From contig JAYGFR010000031.1 in the NCBI GenBank assembly GCA_046581755.1, positions 1-64,000 on the forward strand: a stretch of 64,000 nt of DNA. The letters run 5' to 3'. Shown here piece after piece: positions 28,389 to 37,761 of the stretch (positions within the stretch are counted from its first letter, which is position 1; each line of letters starts with the position of its first letter). The notes below the pieces were generated by a model that did not search any database, was not told where the DNA came from, and was given only the letters and a program-made list of their open reading frames with translations. The translations under genes and the position numbers were made by a program. This DNA comes from Nitrospinota bacterium. GTDB taxonomy: Bacteria; UBA8248.

Positions 28389-29831
28389 CTACGAATCCAT
28401 CTTATCGGAGGTTCTTCTTCCCTTACTGACTCTCCGCTCTTCTTCGATCGTTCTCCGCTCATTTCCGTACCTGCGCCAAGCCCTTCGCCGGTCAATTTTG
28501 AAGGAGGATCGCATCAGCCAGCCCCGGACGCGCGATCGGAGGCCGGAGACGGCGAATTCTTTCGTCATGTAGTCGGTCGCCCCCGCCGCGAAGCACTCCA
28601 GGACATCGTTCTGCTCAAACCGCTTTCCGGTGACAACGATGATGGCCACGTCGTTTAGGTCGGGATTCTCATTCCCCCGGATGGCCCGGCAGACGTCGAG
28701 TCCGTGCATTCCGGGAAGCTCCAAGTCCAGGAGGATCAGGTCCGGCAGCTCATCGCATGCGACCTTCACCGCCTCCTTCCCATCGTAGGCATGGAGAAAC
28801 CTGATTCCTTCTTCTTCCTGAAGGGTGGCTTCCAGGAGCCGGTTCATTTGGCGATCGTCGTCCACGATGAGAACTTTCTTTTCCCGCTCCGGCGACGATC
28901 CCGCGAGCAGGGCGGAATCTTTTTTTGAAACGACCGGAATCTTGGCCTTGGGATCCTCGGCCAGTTCGATGACCAGATTGTCCTCCGCCGCGAACACCTC
29001 GGGAACGAATTCGGCCCCGTTCGCCCTTTGCCGGGCCTTTTCGACCAACTCGTCCATCTCCTCGTCGTTTCGAAGCGGGTCGTGGTGGAAAAGCGCCAGC
29101 CGCTTGGCGCGGGCGGCAATGGCATAGTCCACCACTTTTTCATAGGGCGAGTGGCCCCAGCCCACCTTGGAGGAATATTCCTCGAGGGTGTATTGCGCAT
29201 CGTGGATGATCAGATCGGCACCTTCCATGAATTTAACGTGGTCCTGGTCTTCATGATGAATGGGAAATACGCCGATCTCGGAGCCCATCGAATGAAGCGA
29301 GTGGGGTTCATGGTCCGGAATGTAGACGATTTTCACCCCTCCGGTTTCGAGGGCATAACACAAAGTGAGAGAGGGATGATTTGTGTAGCATGCGGAAACA
29401 TGCACGCCATCGACATCGAAAACCCCCTCGCCCAGGTCCATGAACTTCACCGTCGCGCCGAGCGAATCGAGATTGACGGGAAAATAGCTGTAGATCATCT
29501 GTCCCGAGAGGGTATTGCTCAACTCTTGGCCCATTCTCCTGGGCCCGTATATGTTCACCTCGTTTCCGGGAACGAAAAGAGGGGCGAAAAACGGGAAACC
29601 CTGGATGTGATCCCAATGGGTATGGGTGATCAGGAGGTTGGCTTTTATCGGATTCTCGCCCGATCTCATCATCTCCTGACCCAGGTCGTGAATTCCCGTC
29701 CCGCAGTCGAAAATGATGCGCCTTCCATCATCCATCAGGACCTGCACGCAGGACGTATTTCCGCCATACCGAAGCGTGCTCAGACCCGGTTTCGCCAATG
29801 AACCGCGAACCCCCCAAAAACGAACTTGCAC
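28389..29831 (-). CDS. MBL-fold hydrolase fused to a C-terminal receiver domain
   Basis: FWGVRGS, YGGNTSC, THTHWDHIQG, HDAQY, GWGHS and FHHDP. REC domain IVDDD...LLDLELP. Confidence 0.88.
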   Translation of the reverse strand: MQVRFWGVRGSLAKPGLSTLRYGGNTSCVQVLMDDGRRIIFDCGTGIHDLGQEMMRSGENPIKANLLITHTHWDHIQGFPFFAPLFVPGNEVNIYGPRRMGQELSNTLSGQMIYSYFPVNLDSLGATVKFMDLGEGVFDVDGVHVSACYTNHPSLTLCYALETGGVKIVYIPDHEPHSLHSMGSEIGVFPIHHEDQDHVKFMEGADLIIHDAQYTLEEYSSKVGWGHSPYEKVVDYAIAARAKRLALFHHDPLRNDEEMDELVEKARQRANGAEFVPEVFAAEDNLVIELAEDPKAKIPVVSKKDSALLAGSSPEREKKVLIVDDDRQMNRLLEATLQEEEGIRFLHAYDGKEAVKVACDELPDLILLDLELPGMHGLDVCRAIRGNENPDLNDVAIIVVTGKRFEQNDVLECFAAGATDYMTKEFAVSGLRSRVRGWLMRSSFKIDRRRAWRRYGNERRTIEEERRVSKGRRTSDKMDS

Positions 29832-30062
29832 GTTTCCTCCCTTCCCCCCGCCCCGCGCGAGGAGAGGTGCATGGAAATCCGGCAGGAGGCGGAGAGCCCA
29901 TCACAACCCGAGGGACCGGATATCGGATTTTTCGAACCGGAACCCGCGAACATTAAAAAATTCAAAGGCTACCGGACAAAACCCATATATTGGATAAGCT
30001 TACCGATTCCTTGTCCCGAATTGCAATGGCGAATCGGCAAACCTGGCATAGGTTAATATGCC

Positions 30063-31196
30063 CTATAATCTTAATTTCAATTGCTCCCCGATGGCCATGA
30101 GACGGATTTTATCCATACCTCCACCCGATTCCGATATGACGCGCCTGAGCACGGCCGGGGCCGCGTCCACGGGTTCGTCCGTCAGATCGAATGTCCCCCA
30201 ATGCATCGGCACCATCCACCTAGCGCGAAGCTCCTTGAACGCCCGGTAGGCCTCGGATGGATTCATATGGGCGTATCGCATGAACCAGCGGGGCTCATAG
30301 GCGCCGATGGGCAGCATGGCCACGTCGATGGGGCCGAATTTTTTTCCGAACTCGGCAAACCCGTGAAAATAACCCGAATCACCGCCGAAAAAGTATTTTC
30401 GCCTGTCCGACTCGATGAGCCAGGCGCACCAAAGAGATCCATTCCGGGGCATCCAAAAACGGTTGGACCAGTGTTGGACGGGCAGGCAGGTGATTTTCCA
30501 TTTTCCCCGCCGCGCGCTTTGCCACCAGTCCATCTCCTTGACCCGGCGGCCGCGCTCGCGGAACCATTTTCCCAGTCCCCGGGGAACATACCACTGGACG
30601 CTTTCAGGAAGCGTCTTCACCGTCCACTCGTCCATATGGTCGTAGTGGTTGTGAGAGAGGACGCAAAACGCGTCCCCTGGAATACGCTCCACCGGAAGCC
30701 CGGGCGGATGAACACGGTCGTACAACAGCGCGCGTTCGCCGAAATGGGGGTCCGTCACGAAGGTATCGGCCCCCTCCTTTACGACGAATGTACAGTGGCC
30801 CACCCAGGCAATCGACGCCGATGGCTCGGGCTTCGAAAGATAGGCCCCATCGTTTTCCGTCCGGGCAACGCGGGGAGACCGGGATTTTTCCGCCAGGTAG
30901 GGATTCCGGTAGTAAAACTTCCACTTCAAAAAAGCCCCGAACCGGTTGGGGCTCGGCCACCAGGGATTGAACCAGGCCCCTTCTTTTTCGTGGGGCCAAT
31001 AAAGCGATTCCGCCGAGCGCGATACGAGCCCCTGGGCCTCGGGCCGGGGGAGTTCCGTGGGGGAAGGCGGCTCAAACCCGATGCGCCCGCAACCGGTCAA
31101 GACGCCAGCCGCCGCCAGGGACCAAGAGCCCGCCGTTTTGAAAAAAACCCGCCTGCCCATTTTCTTTTCCATCCCGAAACCGCGCCTCCGGCTCAT
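30063..31196 (-). CDS. MBL-fold hydrolase, NAPE-PLD/RomA type, with Tat lipoprotein signal
   Basis: RRVFFK...LTGC signal; SHNHYDH, QHWS, GDSGY, PIGAYEPR and HWGTF motifs. Confidence 0.88.
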   Translation of the reverse strand: MSRRRGFGMEKKMGRRVFFKTAGSWSLAAAGVLTGCGRIGFEPPSPTELPRPEAQGLVSRSAESLYWPHEKEGAWFNPWWPSPNRFGAFLKWKFYYRNPYLAEKSRSPRVARTENDGAYLSKPEPSASIAWVGHCTFVVKEGADTFVTDPHFGERALLYDRVHPPGLPVERIPGDAFCVLSHNHYDHMDEWTVKTLPESVQWYVPRGLGKWFRERGRRVKEMDWWQSARRGKWKITCLPVQHWSNRFWMPRNGSLWCAWLIESDRRKYFFGGDSGYFHGFAEFGKKFGPIDVAMLPIGAYEPRWFMRYAHMNPSEAYRAFKELRARWMVPMHWGTFDLTDEPVDAAPAVLRRVISESGGGMDKIRLMAIGEQLKLRL

Positions 31197-31348
31197 GATA
31201 ATTTGTCCGGCGCCCAGGCCACATACATATGATAGAATTCATCTTATATCTTTTCGAAATAGAAAACGGAAAAATTTTCCGCACGAACCGATGGCTCCCG
31301 GCCCGAAAATATTCGCTCCCGGCCGCGCCGGGAAAGTAGGGGAGAGGA

Positions 31349-32857
31349 ATGAGAGAACCACCCGAAAAATGGGGCCGGGCCTTCATCCTGACGGCGGCTG
31401 TCCTCTTCCTGGGATGGAGCGGACTGGCGCCGGCAATGGGCGCGGCCTCCCCGTCCACCCAAATGGTGAACATCGAGACCGCCCGGCCCGCCGATGCCTA
31501 TATCGCCGGATACGCCATGGCCATCATCTTGCGCGAATTCAACCTTAAGGGCGTCACCCTCACCGTCGAGGGCGGAAACGTCATCCTCATCACGGGGAGA
31601 CACCGGGGGGATGCGATTCGCCGGGTGGCGGCTGCCGTATTCAAACTGCCCTCGGTCAGGAGCGTCAGCATCCGCGAACGCCTGGCGCTCGGCCCAAAGC
31701 CCAAGGGCCGCCCGGAACCGGACCGCATCTCCTGGTCTCGTCCCATCAAAAGAGGAAAATTCACCATCCACCTCCGGGAAGATGTCTCCGGGGCGGCGGC
31801 TCTTGCGCTAAAAATTCTCTCCTCTCCCGGAGCGGACTCCCGGGACAGAATCTACCGAATGGCCAAGAAAAAGCTTTCGGGGATCGATGGCCTCACGCTC
31901 GTTGCGGTGGAGGAGAGTATATTCACGCGGGACTCCGGGACCGCCTCCGCTCCCCCCGAAGAGGAGCCGAAAAAAGTGGTCCGGGTGAAATCTCCGGATA
32001 CGGGTTCACGATTTTTCCCGAAAGGAGACCTGTTCAAGCCCCTGATCGCCGATCCGCGCTGGCCCCATTTTTCCGTCGTCTATCAGAGCTATATCGACGA
32101 TCCGGTCCGCTCGGTCGAAAACAAATTCGTCAGCACAGCGATTGCGGTGAGTTTCGGGGAAACCCTGCCCATCTACCGGCAGCAGCTCTCTCCCGACTTC
32201 GCGTGGGAAATTGGCTTTCACGCCGCCGTGTTCGGGCTCTTCGACCTGGAGGGAGAGTCCTTCGATCTCATCAACACGGATTTCTGGGTGGCCCCGATAG
32301 CGATCGGGATCCGTCTCGGAAACATCACAAGCCTGTTTCGCTTCTACCATCAATCCTCCCACTTGGGAGACGAATTTATCCTCCGCGACCCCAACATCAG
32401 CGAATTCGCGCTCCGGGATCCGGCCAAGGATCGCGTCAACCTAAGCTACTGGGCGTTCAACCTGCTCCTGTCCTATGACATCGACGAGAACTTCCGCGTC
32501 TATGTGGGCGGAGAGCATATGATCGACAAAGGCGGGTTCTTTTTCGAAAAAGACCCATCCGATTTGGAAGAGGTCTCGGTTCAATACGGCATCGAATACC
32601 GCGGGCTGCCGCTTTCCATCCTGAAATGGGACAAACTCGAGGGAAGGATCATCACCGGTATGGACATCAAGAACCAGGAAGAATCCGACTGGGAGGCCAA
32701 CCTCTCCATCCGGGGGGGGGTCCAGTTCGAGGATCCGAACTTTCCCCACTCCCAGTACCAGATCATCCTCGAATACTTTACCGGGCGATCTCCGAATGGG
32801 CAGTTCTACAAACGGAACATCGAGTATTTCGGCTTCGGCGTTCAGGGGTTCTTTTAA
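31349..32857 (+). CDS. DUF1207-like secreted/outer-membrane protein
   Basis: Signal peptide; FKPLIADPRWPHFS, FYHQSSHLGDEF and GRSPNGQFY; C-terminal Phe. Confidence 0.75.
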   Translation: MREPPEKWGRAFILTAAVLFLGWSGLAPAMGAASPSTQMVNIETARPADAYIAGYAMAIILREFNLKGVTLTVEGGNVILITGRHRGDAIRRVAAAVFKLPSVRSVSIRERLALGPKPKGRPEPDRISWSRPIKRGKFTIHLREDVSGAAALALKILSSPGADSRDRIYRMAKKKLSGIDGLTLVAVEESIFTRDSGTASAPPEEEPKKVVRVKSPDTGSRFFPKGDLFKPLIADPRWPHFSVVYQSYIDDPVRSVENKFVSTAIAVSFGETLPIYRQQLSPDFAWEIGFHAAVFGLFDLEGESFDLINTDFWVAPIAIGIRLGNITSLFRFYHQSSHLGDEFILRDPNISEFALRDPAKDRVNLSYWAFNLLLSYDIDENFRVYVGGEHMIDKGGFFFEKDPSDLEEVSVQYGIEYRGLPLSILKWDKLEGRIITGMDIKNQEESDWEANLSIRGGVQFEDPNFPHSQYQIILEYFTGRSPNGQFYKRNIEYFGFGVQGFF

Positions 32858-32899
32858 AGCCGGGCCGCCTCCGTGCCCACCCCCCCGCCGCCCGGCCCG

Positions 32900-33763
32900 C
32901 TATTTCGCCGCGGCCCTGGCTTCTTCCTCTTCCTTCATCCGTTTCAGGAACACGGGCGCGGGAGTGTCCGGGCGCCACTTGGTCTGATCCGGAGGCTCGG
33001 GCCACTCATAGGGAAGATGGACATACGTATTCGGCCCCTTCGCCGATTCGAGCAAATCGGCCATGCCGCCGCAGATTCTCCGCTGCCCCTCGCGGTCGCC
33101 CACATCTCCAATCTGGCGGCCGAAGGGATACTGGATAAACGCGGCGCGCGGGACGGCGACCTTCTCCGTCATCCCGGGCACGTTGCTGAGAGAAACCGTG
33201 GCGATTCCCGCCCTTTCGATTTCGCGCTGAAGCAGTCCGCCGGACCGGATGCAAAGCGGTCAGACGGGAATGAGAAAAACCGCATCCACCTTCTCGGACT
33301 TCATTTTTTCGACCATCAGCGGCGCCGTGCGCTTGATCAGCGGGTTGAAGTTGGGGATGTAGCCCATGATGGAATAGAGCGTATCGGCGAGGCTCCCGAT
33401 TTTTCCCTCGCTCTCGTAGTCGTTGAAAATGTCCACCGGCCAGGCCACGTTCCGGTCCTTGGCCATAAAGCTCGTGTCGATGTGCAGATGGCTGTACTCC
33501 ACATCGTCCTGGCCCGCCGTTCGCGGAATCTCTCGGTGGCTGGGGTCGCCCCAGGTCGGCTCGGCCCGCTCACGATCATAGTCGAACGACACATCCCCTT
33601 TCGCAAAGATTCCGGCCGTGGAAACCAGCGTCACGCGGCATTCCGAAAGCGGCTTGGAGAGCGGCGTCCAGGGCGTTTCCGCCGGGTCGTTGGCCCGCAT
33701 TTGCTCGATACGATCCTTTTGCCCGGGGTGAAAAAACAAACTGTCGACTTTCGTGATCGCCAT
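32900..33763 (-). CDS. PrdB/GrdB-like reductase selenoprotein (U168-x-x-C), 287 aa
   Basis: AAGGAG RBS, then ATG 33763. KPLSECRVTLVSTAG, GDPSHREIP and VDAVFLIPV-TGA(33260-33262)-PLCIRSGGLLQREIERAGIATV...VPRA...PFG, ending at TAG 32900. Confidence 0.9.
33233..33247 (-). promoter_or_regulatory. Candidate SECIS hairpin (PrdB-like)
   Basis: CGGTCC-GGC-GGACTG at +13 to +27 after the TGA. Confidence 0.65.
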
Positions 33764-33868
33764 GGAAATCTCCTTGAATGAGTCCGGATTCCGGCGGAGC
33801 CGAGCGATGGACGCTTCGAGCCTCTGCGAGACGCATATATTATTCACACTATCACCAACCGGGCATCT

Positions 33869-34912
33869 TCACCCCACCGTGAGGACCAGCTTCCCCTGGG
33901 TGTGGCCCCCTTCGAGCATGGCGTGGGCGCGGGCGATGGACTCAGCCGTCATGGGGCCCAACTCCGCAACCATCGGCGGGGCGATGGCGCCCGCTTCCAG
34001 CCAGCCGCGGAGGGTATCGAGCGCATCCCGGTAGGCGCTCCAATAGGGCCGCCCGCCGCCGCGCACCGGGGCTCTGAGAAACACGCTATGGAACGAGGCG
34101 GATTTCGGGAACAGGGGGCCCTTCTGGGAGTGGAAAAATTCATCGATCGGCGCGCCCGGCTCGGGGGCACAGGAAACCACGTGGCCGAAATAGTCCACTG
34201 CACGCATGCAGAGCTTTTTCATATCCTTGCCCACCAAATCGAACGTCAGCCGGGGGAGCCTTCCCCCGTTCGCTTCAACGATTCGGCTTTCGAGCGCATC
34301 CAGAGAGAGCCCCGCGTAGCGGATGATGTTTTCATCCGGAACCCCGAGGCGCTCATGGATATAGGCAGCGCTTTGATCGCTCCCCGCCGTCGTAACGATG
34401 GGGTCGGCCCCCAGGTGGCGGAGTATCTGGATCGCCATCGTCCCGACCCCGCCGGAACCGCCCGCCACGAAGGCCGAATCCCCCGCCCCCGCGCGGGCCT
34501 TCATGACAACGCACTCATAGGCCGTCAGCGAAACCAGCGGCACCGCCGCCGCCTCGGCGAAGGAGAGCCCGGCGGGCTTTCGGGAGACGAATTCGGCGGG
34601 AACGGAGACGAACTCGGCATATCCCTCCCCGCCGCTCTCCCCGAACCGGGGGAGGTAGGACATCACCTCATCGCCGAGGGCGAAATTTTCGACGCCGCTC
34701 CCGGCGGCCTCGACCACCCCCGCAACGTCCCGCCCCAGGAGCATGGGCAGCGCCCCCCCGCTCGCCCCCGAGCGGGCCTTGTAGTCTGTCGGGTTCACTG
34801 AGATCGCCCGGACCCGGATCTTCACCTCCCCTTCCCCGGCTTCGGGCTCGGGCCACTCCGCGTCCTCGAGGTTTTCGGTCCCACCGAAGGCTTTGAAGAT
34901 TACCGCTTTCAT
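33869..34912 (-). CDS. NADPH:quinone oxidoreductase-like MDR family
   Basis: SVNPTD, GRDVAGVV, GGSGGVG and GHTQGKLV motifs. Start ATG 34912. Confidence 0.88.
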   Translation of the reverse strand: MKAVIFKAFGGTENLEDAEWPEPEAGEGEVKIRVRAISVNPTDYKARSGASGGALPMLLGRDVAGVVEAAGSGVENFALGDEVMSYLPRFGESGGEGYAEFVSVPAEFVSRKPAGLSFAEAAAVPLVSLTAYECVVMKARAGAGDSAFVAGGSGGVGTMAIQILRHLGADPIVTTAGSDQSAAYIHERLGVPDENIIRYAGLSLDALESRIVEANGGRLPRLTFDLVGKDMKKLCMRAVDYFGHVVSCAPEPGAPIDEFFHSQKGPLFPKSASFHSVFLRAPVRGGGRPYWSAYRDALDTLRGWLEAGAIAPPMVAELGPMTAESIARAHAMLEGGHTQGKLVLTVG

Positions 34913-34943
34913 ATCGAACTGTCCTTTCGGTTTAAAATCCGCC

Positions 34944-35735
34944 TCACACCATCCAGGCGCCGCCGGCAACCATCATGCCCTGGCCCGTGACGTTCCGGCT
35001 CTCGTCGCTGGCCAGGTAGACGGCCAGGCTCCCCACGTCATCGGGCGTCTGCTCCCGTCCCATGGGCACCGCGCCCTGAACAAACGCGTCGAACACATCG
35101 CGGGGCGCGCGCCCGGTGTCCTCGCCAATGACCACGCCGTGGCCCTTTTCCCACAAGTCCGTCCAGAGCATCCCGGGGTTGATCGCGTTCACGTTTACGC
35201 TGTAGGGCGCGAACTCCTTGGCGAGGCTCATGGTAAAGCTCATCGCCGCAGCCTTCGAGGCGCAGTAATGTGGCACGTTCTCGTTCGCCCGCCGGGCCGC
35301 CAGCGAGGCGATGTTGATAATTTTCCCGTACCGGCGCTCCCTCATATGCGCGGCGAGGGCCCGGCACATGAGAAAAACGGCGGTCGTATTCACCGCGAAC
35401 ACCGCGTTCCATTCCTCCAGCGAAAGCCGGTCGATGGGGTTTCCGAGCTGGCTGGAGGGCCGCCCGTGGCTGTTCACGAGAATATCGACGCTGCCCATTC
35501 GCTCGATGGCCGTCCGGGCCACGCGTTCCACGTCCCCCTCTTTCGTTAGGTCGGCGCCGAGCGCGAAATGGTCTCCCCCGCCCGCATCGTCGGCCCCCTT
35601 CCGGGCGATTTCTTCGGTGAGATCGACCGCGCAAACCCGCGCGCCCTCGCGCGCGAATGCCCGGATGATTCCCCGGCCGATACCCCCTCCGCCTCCCGTG
35701 ACGATTGCCGTCTTGCCTTCTAATCGCATTTCCAC
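34944..35735 (-). CDS. SDR family oxidoreductase
   Basis: TGGGGGIG, YCASK and NAINPG motifs. Confidence 0.92.
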   Translation of the reverse strand: MEMRLEGKTAIVTGGGGGIGRGIIRAFAREGARVCAVDLTEEIARKGADDAGGGDHFALGADLTKEGDVERVARTAIERMGSVDILVNSHGRPSSQLGNPIDRLSLEEWNAVFAVNTTAVFLMCRALAAHMRERRYGKIINIASLAARRANENVPHYCASKAAAMSFTMSLAKEFAPYSVNVNAINPGMLWTDLWEKGHGVVIGEDTGRAPRDVFDAFVQGAVPMGREQTPDDVGSLAVYLASDESRNVTGQGMMVAGGAWMV

Positions 35736-35950
35736 CTCCCGTGCGGCGATGGCATTCGCCGCGCACCTGCCGCCTGAATAGATAACAGATGGGATCGACG
35801 GTACAGGAACGCGGCGGGGCGGGCCAGCATCCCCGCCGGATCCCGTTGGCCGCTGCCGGAGGGGGATGATATCCTCGGCCTATCGATAACCGAGCCCGGC
35901 CTCGCGGCAACCCGGAGCCGGTTCTTATTTTCGCATTCAGGGGACCCATC

Positions 35951-36385
35951 ATGCCCCTTTTAAAAACGACCAAGGATTCCATCGATATCGGCATCGTCGT
36001 GAAAGATCTTTCGGTGGCGGAAAAATTTTATGGAGATGTCCTCGGCTTTCCGGTCGTCCGGGAGGTGGATATCAGCGCCGATGTGGCGCGCCAGGCCGGT
36101 TGCGCCTCGGGCCCCTTCCGGTTCAAGGCGTTCCAGGCCGGGGAGGTCCAGCTCAAAATCATCCAGGCCGAGTCCGACCCGCCCGCCGGAACGGGCAAGG
36201 TGGATGCGGCGACCGGGGTGCGCTACCTCACTTTTTCGGTCGAAAGCGTGGAAGAAGCCTACGACGCGGTGAAGGCGGCGGGCGCGGCGATGCAGGGCGA
36301 AATTTCGGAAGTCGTTCCGGGCCGGTTCATTTTTTTCTTCTCCGATCCCGACGGGAACCTGCTCGAATGCGTCGGGCCCAAATAA
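35951..36385 (+). CDS. VOC/glyoxalase family protein
   Basis: FYGDVLGF and FFSDPDGNLLE motifs. Confidence 0.88.
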   Translation: MPLLKTTKDSIDIGIVVKDLSVAEKFYGDVLGFPVVREVDISADVARQAGCASGPFRFKAFQAGEVQLKIIQAESDPPAGTGKVDAATGVRYLTFSVESVEEAYDAVKAAGAAMQGEISEVVPGRFIFFFSDPDGNLLECVGPK

Positions 36386-36449
36386 TCCCCGGCCCGGCGC
36401 GGCCTCCCGGCAAGCCGCCGAGCCCTCGCCTCCAGGAAAAGAAAATCTG

Positions 36450-37067
36450 ATGTTCGAAATCGTCCACGCCTACCTCGCCGAGTTCACATATGCGGGCATT
36501 TTTTTGGCCCTGTTGCTCTGCGGGCTCGGCCTTCCGCTTCCCGAGGACGTTCCGATCCTCATTTCGGGCTATCTTTCCTACCTGGGAACCATTCACTTCG
36601 GGTATGCCCTGGCCGTCACCATGGCCGGCGTCCTGATCGGGGATATGATTATCTTCAGCTTGGGCTATTGGTGGGGGCCGCGCGCCACCCAGCACCGCCT
36701 TGTGCGATCCATCCTCACCCCGAAACGAATGGAAAAAGTCGAGGTGTTTTTCGGCAAGCACGGAAGAAAGGCGGTGTTTTTTGGCCGGTTTCTCGCGGGG
36801 CTCCGGGCGCCGCTGTTTCTCACGGCGGGGATAATGCGCATGCCGGCCTGGAGGTTTTTCTGCATGGACGGCCTGGCCGTCCTCCTGAGTGTGCCGGCCC
36901 TGTTGATTTTGGCCTACTCCTTCGGGGAGCAACTGGACTCCTTGCGGCGGATGCTGGGAACCACCAAGACAATCGTGGTTCTCATTCTGGGAGCGGGAAT
37001 CGCCTTATATGCGGTTCGCTTTTTCGTTCGCCGCTGGAAGGGCGGCCCCTTCGCCGCGGCCGACTAG
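36450..37067 (+). CDS. DedA family membrane protein
   Basis: GLPLPED, GD..IF..G and FGRFLAGLR motifs. Confidence 0.9.
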   Translation: MFEIVHAYLAEFTYAGIFLALLLCGLGLPLPEDVPILISGYLSYLGTIHFGYALAVTMAGVLIGDMIIFSLGYWWGPRATQHRLVRSILTPKRMEKVEVFFGKHGRKAVFFGRFLAGLRAPLFLTAGIMRMPAWRFFCMDGLAVLLSVPALLILAYSFGEQLDSLRRMLGTTKTIVVLILGAGIALYAVRFFVRRWKGGPFAAAD

Positions 37068-37269
37068 GCGCCCCGCCGCCTGGAATTGATCCCCACTTTC
37101 TTCATTTTAATGCCCCGGGTTCCCGGATCGGGACCACATAAAATTATTGGACGCGATAACCCGCCGGGAATAGAGCGGAAGCGACCGGGCGCTTGAAAAT
37201 GATCTGAACCTGCCGAACCATGCCGGCGCAAACGACATCACCGAAACAATCCTGAACGGGCGGGCAGAA

Positions 37270-37675
37270 CGAAAATTCGCGGCCCTTGGCGCATCTGCCC
37301 GAAAATTCTCCCGGACGGGACGGAAACGATGGAGGGCGAATCTGCGCACGCCCCTCACCCAACCCTCTCCCGGCGGATGGGAGGTGGAGTCCACCTCCAC
37401 CCGCCGAACATGGTTCGAGCGGGGCAAGGGAGAGGGCGTTGCTCAATGATCCTCCCCGCAATTACCTGAAAATTCGGACAGGAGGGCTCGAAAAGAGAGT
37501 GTGCAAAATTGTGCGCACCTCGGCGCATTTGCCCGAAAATCCTGGAAGACCATTGAAAATGGGGGAGCGCGAAATTGCGCGCGCCTTGGCGCATCTGCCC
37601 GAAAATTATCCCGGAACACCCCGAAAAGAGGACTGGCGAATCTGTGTGCGCCTTGGCGCATTTGCCCGAATCTCC
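37270..37675. repeat. Degenerate 66-67 bp periodic direct repeats
   Basis: Core CCTYGGCGCATYTGCCCGAAAAT at 37284, 37518, 37584 and 37651. A degenerate copy lies at 37451, with its left flank at 37337-37350. Confidence 0.85.
37351..37450. repeat. 100-bp REP/MITE-like hairpin element inserted in a repeat unit
   Basis: CCCTCACCCAACCCTCTCCC...GGGAGAGGG enclosing the stem CGGCGG..GGAGGTGG/CCACCTCC..CCGCCG. Confidence 0.6.
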
Positions 37676-37761
37676 CGGCGGATTGCGCTGGAGCGTTTCG
37701 AAATATTCGCCCGAGGGGGGGGATCCGCCGGAATCCGGACGCGCCAGAGGAGACAGCGATA

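Noticed and set aside
37270..37675. Calling the periodic repeat a bona fide CRISPR array
   Set aside because: Repeats are degenerate, the variable segments resemble each other, and there is no leader or cas gene. Kept as a repeat.
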